Assembly (NCBI RefSeq): GCF_001194135.2
Contig: NC_069004.1
Coordinates: 22,290,172 to 22,335,207, forward strand
Source of the DNA: Octopus bimaculoides
Lineage: Eukaryota
DNA length: 45,036 nucleotides
Direction of reading: 5' to 3'
Shown here: positions 27,283 through 39,486 of the stretch, in pieces
How positions within the stretch are numbered: the stretch's first letter is position 1
How the letters are laid out: every line of letters begins with the position of its first letter
The notes under the pieces: model-generated
Seen by the model: only the letters and a program-made list of their open reading frames with translations
What the model was told of the DNA's origin: nothing
Databases searched by the model: none
Translations under genes and position numbers: made by a program

Positions 27283-27662
27283 ATTTTACTTGTTTCAGTC
27301 ATTTGACTGCAGACATGCTGGAGCACCGCCTCCAGTCGAGCAAATCAACCCCAGGACTTATTCTTTGTAGGCCTAGTACTTATTCTATCGGTCCTTTTTG
27401 CCGAACTGCTAAGTTACAGGGACGAAAACACACAATCATCGGTTGTCAAGCGATGTTGGAGGACAAAAACAGACACACAAACATATACATACATATATAC
27501 GAAGGGCTTCTTTCAGTTTCTGTCTACCAAATCCACTCACAATGCTTTGGTCGGCCCGAGGCTATAGTAGAAGACACTTGCCCAAGGTGCCATGCAGTGG
27601 GACTGAACCCGGAACCATGTGGTTGGTAAGCAAGCTACGTACCACACAGCCACTCCTATACA
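27283..27662 (-). mobile_element. SINE family A, full length
   Basis: Matches the family throughout. Confidence 0.88.
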
Positions 27663-27924
27663 TATATGCATAATATATATATATATATANNNNNNNNNNN
27701 NNNNNNNNNNNNNNNNNNNNNNNNNNNNNNNNNNNNNNNNNNNNNNNNNNNNNNNNNNNNNNNNNNNNNNNNNNNNNNNNNNNNNNNNNNNNNNNNNNNN
27801 NNNNNNNNNNNNNNNNNNNNNNNNNNNNNNNNNNNNNNNNNNNNNNNNNNNNNNNNNNATTTATATATTTATATATATATATTTATATATATATATATAT
27901 CCATATATATGTATATATATGTAT

Positions 27925-28125
27925 GTGTGCGTTTGTCCCTCACAACATCGCTTGACAACCAATGCTGGTGTGTTTACATCCCTGTAACTTAGCAGTTCAG
28001 CAAAAGGGAAAAATAGAATAAGTACTAGACTTACAAAGAATAAGCTCTAGGGTCGATTCGCTCGACTAAAGGTGGTGCTCCAGCATGGCCGCAGTCAAAT
28101 GACTGAAACAAGTAAAACGAGCAAA
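27925..28125 (+). mobile_element. SINE family A 3' half
   Basis: Follows gap 27690-27858; opposite orientation to the 27283 copy. Confidence 0.8.
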
Positions 28126-28134
28126 AAAAAAAGA

Positions 28135-28169
<35 letters not shown>

Positions 28170-28197
28170 CACATATATATATATATACATATATACA

Positions 28198-28232
<35 letters not shown>

Positions 28233-29772
28233 ATACATATATATATACGTACATACCTATATAGATATACATACATACGTACATATATATCTGATCCAAT
28301 GGGATTAAAGTCCTGGACCTAAGTGTGTCGAAATTATTCTGATTCTGGAGTTCTTGGCTGACGAGAGCTGTTTCTTCTCTGATCTTCCTTTTCTGCTGAT
28401 CGTTTTTCCGCGATGTTGTCTCACTTTATTTTACATGCACACGCACAGAACGTACACATGTATATCAATACAGACACTTCATACAGACATATGCATTGTA
28501 GAGAAGGGAAAAACCACGTTAACTATGAAAGGGTGATAATAGTGACAATAGTAATCCCGGGTTGAGTGCTGCATTAAATCTAACTTCATTAAGTCACTGT
28601 TCATAGTTCAAATCCTCTCCGAGTGTGCACATTTTTCTTGAACTTCATCTGGTGTCGACAAAATAAGCAAGAATAAATAAATTTCACTCGAACAGTTATC
28701 CCTCTACTAAATCAAAATTACATCTATTTTAATTGTTATTAATAACTATTGTTATTAATTAGTTATGCTGTTATTGATGTACTTACTCTTAAATGCCAGT
28801 TGGAGTTATTGTGTGTAACTCCAGGTCAAACCTGATCGACGAGGCTAGTGTCCAAAGACCATTCCACTGTTTTGTACATCATTGACTATGTTGCTTAACT
28901 TGGCCTTGCTTATCTAAAGCTGCAGGATTCAATTTGAGAAAAATTTGACTGTCATTTCTAGCCAGTCGAATGGTTACATACAGTCTTCCTCGTTGGTTCG
29001 CCATTAAGTGTCAGCAAGAGACTGTAATGAGATAATTGACCGTACTCAAACCCACTCCTTATCAAAAATAAGGTTTTGGAATTGAGACAAACTGTTGTTT
29101 ACTTCATACTTTGTTAATATGATTTTTCTTTCTTTTTTTTCAAATATACGCACCGCAACTCAGAAATTCATTACCCGCCAATGAACTACTTCGGGGGTCA
29201 AAACCTTTATAAGAAACCATTAGGTATTTGTCATCATAGAAATCCCGACATAAATCGTGTTATTTTTATCAATCTCCAGTAGGGTGGTAAAATAAATATC
29301 AGTAAAATGATAGGACGGTTTGAAAAGGATGCATCCATCCTGTAGATGAAAAATGGTTTGTGTCTAAACAAAAGAAACCCTTCTTGTCATAATTATGTGT
29401 ACATATATTTGTGTTTATGATGGGTTGTAGTAGGGTGTGAGTGCACTCTGGGTATAAACGAAAGCACATGACGACGTGTGAGAGCTGTCGCCGGTATCTA
29501 AGAGATGGTTGAGTGAGGTATGGCTGAGAAGAATCGATATATTTCGAATTTTTTTTTTTTCTGAACAATGACTATCAAATAGTGATTTATAAGAATAATT
29601 TAAATCGAGTGAATTTTTATGAGTATTGTACATATGAAGGTGGAACCCTCATTTTTGTGACATTTGCTTTTTAAAAGGTATATCTAGCGAGAAATAAAGG
29701 AGAGAGATCGGCCGTGCTTCCGCAAATGGCTAAAATAATTCATAAGTAGTAAATAATCAAAGAGAATCTTAC

Positions 29773-30762
29773 CTGAAATTCAGCCTGGGTTATTTTCAGT
29801 TGCTCGTTTAAGTTAAGGTATTTAGAAACCTCTTCCTTTCGTTGAGCCCTTTCCTTTTTCAATTCGGGACTCCAAAAAGTTTTAATACTGTTCATGCAAG
29901 AGTTTAATTTTTCATTTGAATTTTCTGCATCCCTTTGATACTGTAAACAGTCTCTATTTAATTCGGCTATTTGGTTTTGCAAATCCAAAATAATCTGGTC
30001 TTTAAGTCGGACATCCATGACGGACTGCGAAGTGAAACTGGAAGAAAGTACCTCGGCCATATCAAAACTTCGATTGCGGTTGTGATGGAAAGCATAGTCC
30101 CTTTCCAAGGACCTAGCTCCCATGTGAGGATACTCCCTGTCTAAAGAACGATCACGAGATGACGAAGAGGAGAGTTGGTAACTAGGGCGGCGTTCTCGGA
30201 CACTACCAGAGCTGGTGGGGGCCAAATCGCGGTGATCTCGACCGCCAGTGCCCAACGTTGGATACCTATTGGTTTCGGATGATTGTGATCGACCATCTGA
30301 ATAAATACCTGAAGAGGACATTCTCTCAATATCGCTATTTCTTTCTAAAGACCGATCTCGCATAAAGCTTCTTACACTAGTCATGCTACTGGAACGGCTG
30401 TCATAGAGGGAAGGAATCGGACTTGTGTGCCCATCTAGGACATAAGATTGGCTCAGGTTGTATGCTGAATTTACAGACTGAATGCTGTCTGTGGACATGT
30501 CTAGGGGGCTGCTGGAACGGCTACCTTGGCTACTACTATCCGTTCCGCTGGACCTACTTCGGCGCGGAGACAATAATTTGGACGAGACAGATGAAGTACC
30601 GCTGGTCCCTCCGCTGTGCTTACGATGCTCAATCAGTGAGCCATTAGAAGACTTGGATGGAGACGATAACGAAGAATAATGGTGACCACTGCGAGAATTA
30701 GGTAGGGAGTTGGTCATGGAGTCCAACCTCCCTGTTGACCGAGATACATTCGAAGAATACAT
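29773..30762 (-). CDS. ERC: First coding exon (330 codons) of an ERC/ELKS/CAST (Bruchpilot-family) active-zone scaffold protein; remaining exons lie beyond the window or were not recognised
   Basis: The ORF contains the family hallmark MNSIKTFWSPELKKERAQRKEE, an N-terminal STDSIQSVNSAY motif (vertebrate LSMENIQSLNAAY) and a coiled-coil start DLQNQIAELNRD. The ATG at 30762 is in accATG context and starts MYSS (vertebrate MYGS). The exon ends at QAEFQ with a phase-0 CAG|GTAAGA donor. Confidence 0.93.
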
Positions 30763-30792
30763 GGTACTGAAGCAGGCGACAAACAACGAACT

Positions 30793-30885
30793 CTAAAGAA
30801 ATTGTAAAACAAAACTCTATGTATATGCACACACACAAGCAAGCTGAGTAACCCTTTCACTAACCAATTATTTATTGTAACTTAC
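30793..30885 (-). other. Candidate 93-nt intron in the ERC 5' UTR
   Basis: Minus-strand donor GAA|GTAAGT at 30885 and pyrimidine-rich acceptor ttttacaatttctttAG at 30793, 30 nt upstream of the ATG. Confidence 0.65.
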
Positions 30886-32160
30886 TTCCGATCCTGACCA
30901 AAGGGACAAAAAGAAAACCCTTTCCCTCTTATATCTTTCGTTTCGTTCCCAGAGAAATGTATTACAATTGTTAAATGTTGTTCGTATAGATGACTGTTTT
31001 CTTATTGTTTTCTTTGAGCGATATATTCCCCCACTTTATTCCTACTCTTTCATTCACTCTTCCACTCGTCTTCGACGAGATCGTGGAACAACAATTTCCT
31101 AACACTTCATTATCACACTTTCTACACACACATCATGATATAATTTCTGCGAAGTCACCAAAATTCTAACTGAAACTTCCCCTCCCCCCGAAACAACACT
31201 ATCAGGATCGGTGCTTCGTTTTCACCCCCCTACTAAGCCGTTCGTTTATCAGCGGCTGTAGCATCCGACCAAGTGCGCCACTAACTTTCTTGCACACATT
31301 CTTGGCGACATATTCACTATATATATATATATATATATATTAAGCTAGATCTCTGTATAAACACATAGAGATAAGTTTATGAGCGAGTATCACGTGTGAC
31401 TGTGTATATGTATACATGTGAATGATGTGCCGTTTAAAAGTTAACTGTTAGTCATAGTAGCAGCATCACAGCATCAATACTTAAGTGTATGTGTGAGTAT
31501 GTATATATGAATGTATGTGTGTGTGTATATATAGACATACACAATATCACAATATGAGGACGATGCTAGAGAAATAGAGAAACAAAATTCTTCGGGTATC
31601 TCCTGTTTTTGTTATCTCTCTCTCTCTCTCTCTCTCTCCCTAATATATATATATATACTACTGTGCTTGCCTTTAGCTTCTGTTTCTTTCTCGGGGAGGT
31701 TGATTTTTTTCTTTTTTCTCTTTTTTTTTTTTTTTTTTAGTAGTTTGTTTTCAGCACATCAGATCTTTCGAGCAACTTTTAATTCTTCCAGTGTACCAAA
31801 AATTCCAAGATTGACGAACAGGAAAAATAAAAGATAATCCAGTTTCTTCTTTGTAGTGAAGGTTTTAGTCCAATGGTGCCGATTCTGCGAAAAACGAGTA
31901 GTCTTTAAGTCTTTTATCCGGTATCCATCCTTATTCTTGCTGGCAGTTCGTCTCAGTCCGCCGCTGAAGCTTCCACTACTAAAACACTTTCTAACTACTG
32001 CTGCTGACAGTACTTCTACGATGACACATCAAAAACTACGGTTGCACGAAGGCGCCAGAAATTGCTAGCAGAAAATAATTTTCAGAAATATATATACATG
32101 AATATTTCAGAGAATCGAGTCAACAATGGTGACATCTTAAAGAGAGTCGCTTCGCCACAC
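30886..32160 (-). promoter_or_regulatory. Probable ERC 5' leader / promoter region
   Basis: SINE-free sequence, visibly CpG-retaining compared with its flanks, directly upstream of the UTR donor, with GA/CT tracts. The TSS cannot be located from sequence alone. Confidence 0.35.
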
Positions 32161-32301
32161 ATTCAATTATTGGGAGAGGAAGAAATCAGTGCATGTATGT
32201 GTGTACATACACATGTATGTATAGTTATACATACATAAATATATATATATATATACGTGTCTGAATGTATGTGCATATTTGTGTGTGTGAATGTGTGTGC
32301 G

Positions 32302-32354
<53 letters not shown>

Positions 32355-32360
32355 TATATT

Positions 32361-32720
32361 CTTTTATTCTTTTACTTGTTTCAGTCCTTTGAATGTGGCC
32401 ATGCTGGAGCACTACTTTTAGTCGAACAAATCAACCCCACTACTTATTCTTTGTAAGCCTATTACTTATACTACTGGTCTCTTTTGTTGGTGTAAACACA
32501 CCAACATCAGTGTCAAGCAATGATGGGGGGACAAACACAGACACACAAATACATAAATATATATATGTGTGTGTGTGTGTGTGTACGTGTGTGTGCGTAT
32601 GTGTGTGTGCGTGTGTGTGTGTGTGTATATATACACGGCGGGCTTCTTTCAGTTTCCGTCTACCAAAGGTAGTGCTCCAGCATGGCAGCAGTCAAATGAC
32701 TGAAACAAATTAAAGTGTAA
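32361..32720 (-). mobile_element. Chimeric SINE A (minus-strand copy fused to a plus-strand 3' end)
   Basis: The minus-strand match breaks at ctaccaaa and continues as plus-strand ggtagtgctccagcatggcagcagtcaaatgactgaaac. Confidence 0.7.
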
Positions 32721-32794
32721 AGAGTATATATATTATATATATATATATATGTGGAAAAAAAGTCAAGGTAGAGATATATATATGTCTGTATGCT

Positions 32795-32825
<31 letters not shown>

Positions 32826-34089
32826 GATCCAGGGATTGAGGTGTAAGAAGAAAGTTAGCTTCAAGCAATCCGTAGTGAATATAAAACAACTTCCAGGAAC
32901 AATAGTGGTTTATTGAGATGGAAGGTTGTGGATTTTTTAACTTTTATCAAAGAACAATGAGCTGAAATAAGTTCTTTTTATATTCCTCGGTAGGCAACCA
33001 GGGAGTGTGCGAAAAAAAAATACAAGAATTACAGAATGGAGTATGGGAAATCTGGGCTACATATATTTCATAGCGAGTGGAACCTCAGAAGTGGTAAAAT
33101 CCAAGTGAGATGTATACTGCCGGCTAGTCTTCAGGCCAAAGATATCTTGATTAGATTAGAGACTACATTGTCACAAGGAGGTACATGTTGACGCAAAGAT
33201 TCAATCAGATATCTATATATTTATATACATGTGTATAAATACATATGCATATATATTACTATGTATGTGTGTATATACATATATGTATATGTAGATATAT
33301 ATATATTATATACATATATAATGTGTATATGTATGTTTGCGTATTTGTGTTTGTGTACATATGTATATATGAAGGTTGATTTGAATTTCTGTGGATATAA
33401 ACAGTTTTCTCAATGGGTTTTCTGTAGAAAGAATAGTTGCTTGTTTTGTGGTTTAGGGCAAGACTTAGGAAGTCAGTTCAGGATGTTATCGTAAGGCTAA
33501 ATTCTTTGAATATATTTATAAGATTCATCCCGAACTTATCTATGGTATAGCAATTCTTGTGGCTTGAGATTGCCCAGCTATTGACCCTGTGCAAGGTTGA
33601 ACTGTGGGAATGGATATATTTTTTAAGGTATCTAGGTTAAAGAACCTGATGAAACCAACAACATCAGTCCAATTATAGCTCCAAACAGAACCATCAAACA
33701 TTGGTTGCCTTCTTTTTTGTCCAGTAAGAATCATAACACAGGAGTGACTTTCTAGTATTTAGAATGATTCTGATGTTGAGACCATTGATTCTAGTAAATT
33801 GTTGGTCAAATCTAGGGCTTTCAGAAGGAGTGAATTCAATATTGAAGGGGAGAAAAAGACAGCCAGCTGGCAGAATTGTTAGCACACCAGGCAAAATGCT
33901 TAGTGGCATTTCATCCGTCTTTACTTTCTAAGTTCAAATTCTGTCGAGGTGGACTTTACCTTTCATTCTTTTGGGGTTGATGAAATAAGTACCAGTTCAG
34001 TACTGGGGTTGATGTTCTGTGAAACTAGTTGATTACAGCAGCACTAGTCCATTTGAATCAATACTATAGCCATCTGAAATCAGATTTAA

Positions 34090-34308
34090 CCCTTTAACAT
34101 TTAAACCAGCCATATTCAGTTAAAGTATTCCACCTGTTTTATGTTCAAACTGGCCATATCTGGCTTCGCACAGTAACCCTACAATATCATTCCAAAAATT
34201 TACAGTTACCTCATCAAAATTTCAAAGCTACAAGATAAAGGCATGATTAATTCAAAACTGTGAATAAATAAGCTTAACTTTTGACAGAATAATGTGAATG
34301 CTAAAGGT
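34090..34308 (-). mobile_element. piggyBac-like MITE (same family, opposite orientation)
   Basis: TTAA|ccctttaacatt ... aatgctaaaggt|TTAA. Confidence 0.72.
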
Positions 34309-35689
34309 TTAATGGCATTAAGAAAATATTTACTATAATGTCTATCTCACTCTTAGAATGGTTGATTATCATGTTAGAAAAAAAAATTGAGCATAAGGAC
34401 CTTAAGAATAATACATGTAGGGGGGCACATGATGAGGTGGCCCATATGATCTATCTTTCAGAGAGTAGCCAGCTCCTTCATTTGTATGTTTTTCTCATTA
34501 TATGTTGAGATGTTTGAGGATTTTTTTTTTTTGTACATTTTAATGATGGCATTTGTACAAAGTTATTTGAGCATAGAGTTTGTTTCTTTTTGTATACTCC
34601 CATTGTTTTGTCAGTAAGAATATCTATATTAGGCGATTGAAGTGTACCATGAATAATGTGAAAACAGTTTAGGAATCATCAATCATCATCAACATTGTGT
34701 GGACTGCTTCACAGGAACTGGCAAGGCCAAGGTTTGCACTAGGTTCCATACTCTGTTTTGGCTTGTTTTCCACAAATGGATACCCTTCCTAATGCTGACC
34801 ACTTTTACAGAATGTACCAGGTGCTTTTTACATGGTACCATCATCAGTGCTTTTTACGTGGTATCAGCACCAGTGCTTTTTATGGGACATCAGTACCCAC
34901 ACCAATGTTTTTTATGTGGTGTCTTGGTTTTAGGATCTCAATTCTGTTGTAGTGAATGGGTCTTGAGTACAGCAATGGGCTACATATCTCAGTCCTCTGT
35001 CATCTCATAGGAAGAGTTTTAAATACTGCTGAAATGCTCTTTTGATGTTGTTTATCTAATCAGATTCAAAAGTTCTTCATCTGGAAGATTCAAAAGTTCT
35101 TCATCTTCATGATCTGGAGCTGAATTTATCCACAGATGTGAGGTGATTAGGTTCCAAGAAAATTTGGCTTCCCAGCACATGGCTTTGATCATCCTTCTTG
35201 TTGTCTCAAAGAGGCATGTTAAACAAAGCTTCCTGGGTGGTATTTGGATTTTTTCTTAAAATATATTTATATATATGCATTATGTACGTATATACACACA
35301 CTGACACACACACACACACACACACACTGACACACACACTCTACTGTACAGGTTGCATCTCCTAAATTTCACTCACTATTTTCTTTAGTCATTGTGCGGT
35401 GATTGCTATAAGCTTTAAGCTTATAAGATGATATATATTTATATATAAATATTATTATTTCTAAATCTTTCAAAGAGAGACATTCAGTAACAGTTCTTTA
35501 AAGTAATGGCTATTACTATTGTTTTGGGGCTAAAACAACAGTAACATCATCCCTTTCGGGACAACCACATTGTTCCCAAATAGCCTTTATCATCTTTCCT
35601 TTCCTGAGTGCCCAATAACAATGTACTTATTCCACATTCTCGCGTTGTTTTTTCGTGTTTTTTCTTGCTTGTTCATGTTTAAATTGACT

Positions 35690-35737
<48 letters not shown>

Positions 35738-35764
35738 TTACATAGTTTCAATATAATTTTTAAT

Positions 35765-37070
35765 ATATCGACCGGTTTCGCTTTCGCCATTCATGATATT
35801 ATGGTTTACTTATTTGAATATGTATTTTCTTAAGAAGAAATTTTTGCCCGTGTTGTGTGTGATGATATTTACGAGTAAATAATTTCACAAGTAGAAAAAT
35901 AAGGGGAGGTAATTGGTTATCGTTATTGTTGTTGTTGTGGGCAAGGGAGATAACTGTTCAGCTTTCGGTAAGGGGAGGGGAATATATATGTACACACACA
36001 AAAAAAAAAAAGGTTTTGAAAAACTTGTTTAGTGAGGGGATATATGTAGTGTGATGTAATCGTGAATTGAAATATGTAAAAAGATAAAAGTTGGTTATGC
36101 GTGCATATTAAGACGTGTTCTGTATTTTTCAATGAAAAAGCTTCTTTATTTAAACGTTCTTGTGGAGAGATTGTGTCTTTGTGCTGGTAGAAGGGGAAGA
36201 CTGTGAAATTTGGTTTGATGTTATCTGCACATTTTTCTATATGTTCACTGAGAGGAATTTACCTGTATTGCGGGAAACGGATTTGCTCTTTATGTAGAGT
36301 GGTTCTCCTTCTCAAGGTCATGCTTGTCTATCCAATATAGTTGTGTCCACAACCAGAGCAGATTATTACATAAATTAAGTTCTCAGAGGCACAAGTGAAA
36401 CTAGTTTTAATTGCAAACTTCTGTCCTTGTTTGAAAAGGAACTCTGAGCCTTCAAGTAAGTTAGGGCAGGTTCCACAGTTTGGGTGTCCACATTTTTTAA
36501 CCATTGGTTTCGTGGTTGTTTTGTAAAGCTTAGCATTTGTTAGTAGTCTCTTTAGCGATTTGTGTTGCTTTTTGCATTTGATGAGTTTGTGCATTTTCAG
36601 AATGTCGTTCATTTTTGGATCTCTAGTTAGTAAAGGAAGATTTTGCACAATAGTGTTGAATGCCTCACTGCTTCTGAGGTTGTGTGTTGATATAAATAGT
36701 AGTGTTTTGAGATGAGGTATGGTATTATGTTTTGTTGTTCTTAGTGTTTTTATGTCTAATTTTTTGGCACGTTTAATTTTCTCATCTATAAGTGAGGGTG
36801 GATATTGTCTTTCAGTAAGCGTTGTTTTGAGGTCTTGAAGACAAAGGTCCTGAGTTGTTTTATCAGACATTATTGTGCAAATCCTTTTTGCCAAATTGAA
36901 AGGGATATTTATTTTGATGTGTTTCAGGCATGAAGCTAAAGAGGAGATATTCTTTTGAGTCAGTTGGTTTATAATAGATGTCAGTCATGATTTGATTGTT
37001 GACTTTTTTTTTATCATGATGTCTAAAAATGGGAGCTGTTCTTTGTTATATTCCATTGTGAATATGTATA
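35765..37070 (-). mobile_element. Degenerate, 5'-truncated Penelope-like retroelement (RT C-terminus, Cys/His linker, GIY-YIG endonuclease)
   Basis: Minus-strand translation gives FTMEYNKEQLPFLDIMIK...TDIYYKPTDSKEYL...IPFNLAKRICTI, then KCGHPNCGTC, then NLIYVIICSGCGHNYIG*TSMTLRRRTTLHKEQI...LSEHIEKC...RLNKEAF. Stops and frameshifts are present. The 3' UTR ends in a gcgaaaccggtcga motif. Confidence 0.9.
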
Positions 37071-37084
37071 TCATTTAGTGTTGA

Positions 37085-37410
37085 GAACCCTTTGGTCATG
37101 ACTGACCATGGGATTGCACCTAGAAAGTTACTCTCCTGGGCAGAAATCCAGGCAAGGTTGTTTATGGAAGACCAGCAGTCACCCATGCATACCGGCCTCC
37201 CCTCTCCACACCACCAGTGTTATCTAAGGGAAAGGCAAAGGCCAATACACCTTGGCACCTGTGATGTCGCAACTCATTTCTACAGCTGAGTGAACTGGAG
37301 CAATATGAAATAAAGTGTCTTGCTCAAGAACACAACATGCAACCCAGTCCGGCATTTGAACTCACAACCTCACGAACGTAAGCTTGACGCTCTAACCACT
37401 GAGCCATGCA
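37085..37410 (-). mobile_element. tRNA-derived SINE with A and B boxes
   Basis: Minus strand tggctcagtggttagagc (A box)...gagttcaaatgcc (B box), then a CORE-like ttgagcaagacactt...ctccagttcactcagctg block. Confidence 0.7.
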
Positions 37411-37421
37411 ACTGTTACTAC

Positions 37422-37467
<46 letters not shown>

Positions 37468-37542
37468 GTATATATATATATATAACAAAAATTAAAAAAG
37501 GAGACAAACGCTCATCATGTTATTAAAACATTTATGTCTTCA

Positions 37543-37634
37543 TATTTTCTACATATGTTTCGATGGATGCATTCAAAATATGTCCAACAGGAAGAATTAT
37601 GGTCAACTATGCATCAATCTCATCAGGAAAGATA
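37543..37634 (-). ncRNA. Minimal type-I hammerhead ribozyme motif (PLE type)
   Basis: tatctttc-CTGATGA-gattgatgca(38 nt)tgcatccatc-GAA-acatatgt-A-gaaaata. Core intact, stem II 9/10 bp, palindromic stem III ACAUAUGU, GUA cleavage triplet, stem I 7 bp with one bulge. Confidence 0.7.
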
Positions 37635-37741
37635 AAAACAACAACGCTCATCAAATAGACATTTGTGTTGTTTTTTATATCCTTCCTGATGAGATTGATC
37701 ATAGATGACCATAATTCTTCCTGTTGGACGTATTTTGAATG

Positions 37742-38265
37742 CATCCAAAACCCTGGTGGAACAAAATCCCATCATAACTGTTGAGAAACTAGCAGAGAAG
37801 ATTGGGTTTGGTCATTCAACCAGTCATTCAAGTCAGTGCTTGGAGAAAAATGACTATCTTTGGTTTCAGGATGAAAAGTGTTCTTCCACCACAATAGTGG
37901 TCAGCCACATACAGTGACGATGACATTCCAAAGGCTGGAGCACTTTGAATGGGAAATGATGCCCCACCCACCATATTCGCTGAACATTGTCACATCTGAT
38001 TATCATTTATTCCACAGTCTTCAAAATCATTTGGATGGTAAAAAAATGAAATTTGTAGACAAGGTCAGAACAGTAGTGGAAGAGTATTTTTCATCATGGA
38101 CAAGTGAATTTTGGAAGAGGAACCTTGCAAGTCTATCAGATAGATGGAAGAGCATTGTAGAAAATGAAGGAGAGTATATTTTAGATTAAAAAAGAACTTT
38201 GTTTATTTTAATTTTGAAAAATAAAATTATTAAAAAAACTGCATTATTTATGGGATGACCCAATA
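37742..38265 (+). mobile_element. Mariner transposase relic, internally deleted, with 3' end
   Basis: TLVEQNPIITVEKLAEKIGFGHST (helix-turn-helix region) and HNSGQPH...WEMMPHPPYSLNIVTSDYHLFHSLQNHL...DRWKSIVENEGEYILD*. The 3' end reads cattatttatgggatgacccaata followed by TA; no 5' TIR was found. Confidence 0.88.
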
Positions 38266-38281
38266 TATATATCATACATAC

Positions 38282-38335
<54 letters not shown>

Positions 38336-38439
38336 GTATGTATATCATCTGCATTCATTATGTTGAATACCATTGATTACCATTTCAGTTATTTTTTTAT
38401 CTGTTCTTACACATTCACAATAACTTTATGGCTACCCAA

Positions 38440-39050
38440 TTCTTGTTAATATAAATCTAGCATAATTTTGGGTTTTCCTCTACCTCTCTTCCTATTTATT
38501 CCCATTTTGCTTTTGAGTAATACTTTCTGTAAACCATTTTTTCTAATTAAGTGTCCAAAATGTTTTACTTTTCTCTTTGATGGTGTCTAATAAAATTTTC
38601 TTAGTTTTTGCTATTTTTGCTACTCCATCATTGGTTTTGTCCATAATATTCTCAGAAGTCCTCTATATACCTACCATTCAAAGTCTTCTAGTTTATTTCA
38701 TAATATTTTTGTTAATGTCCATGTTTCAGCTCTACAGAGTTGAGTGGTCTAAACATAGCATTTTAATAATCTTCTGCCATTGATATTAATGTTTCTTGAT
38801 GTTAGAATGTTTGATTTTTTTTTCAAATGACTTTTTCTACCTCTCTCAAATGGCACTTTTTTTATATCTGCTACATATTTCCAGTTTTCTGATTGCATAT
38901 ATCCCAGGTTTATTTTCTTAGTGTTGTTTCAATTGACTTTTCCTTTTCAATTGTAATATTTATGTTTAATATGTATTGTTTGTTTTCGGTAATTTTGTTT
39001 TCTTTACATTAATTTCCATTCCATAGTACTGTCTTTTCATTTTTTATCAT
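38440..39050 (-). mobile_element. RTE-clade LINE reverse-transcriptase C-terminal relic
   Basis: Minus-strand YGMEINVKRNK...NKLEDFEW*VYRGLLRILW...KRKVKHFGHLIRKNGLQKVLLKSKMGINRKRGRGKPK matches the RTE-type RT tail; many stops. Confidence 0.75.
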
Positions 39051-39486
39051 TCCCTTATAATGATGATCCTATGTCACTTTTATTTTTATTACTCATCTTC
39101 CTTTTTTCTCTTGCCTGTTTTAATGGCATATTGATAATTAATGAGCCTTTATCTGGAATTGGTTCCACTCCCTGCCCCCTCCCCAAACCCCTTTGCCTGG
39201 GATATGAGTTTCTTTTTCTTTTTTTCCTCTTTATCCCTGCTCTAGAGATGTTGACAGGTTTATTGCCATGTATATTTAACATCATTTCCCAACTTACTCT
39301 CTCAACTGGCACCAAGACAAGGGAGTCAATATACTTCCTATACTATTTAGGTGAAAAATTTTAAATGTTAAGTTTTATTTTTTAATTCACCTCAAAAAAA
39401 AAAACTGTTTTTTTACATGATGTAATTGATTTGTTCATCAATAAACAAAAATATGTTTGGAATAGCTGTAGTGAACCTTAGCCCAT

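Noticed and set aside
1-29772. Downstream ERC coiled-coil exons
   Set aside because: No Glu/Leu/Lys/Gln-rich minus-strand exon was recognised; short exons under 60 aa cannot be excluded by eye.
37330-37410. Possible tRNA gene (A and B boxes)
   Set aside because: No cloverleaf acceptor stem, and it continues into a SINE body; it is a SINE head.
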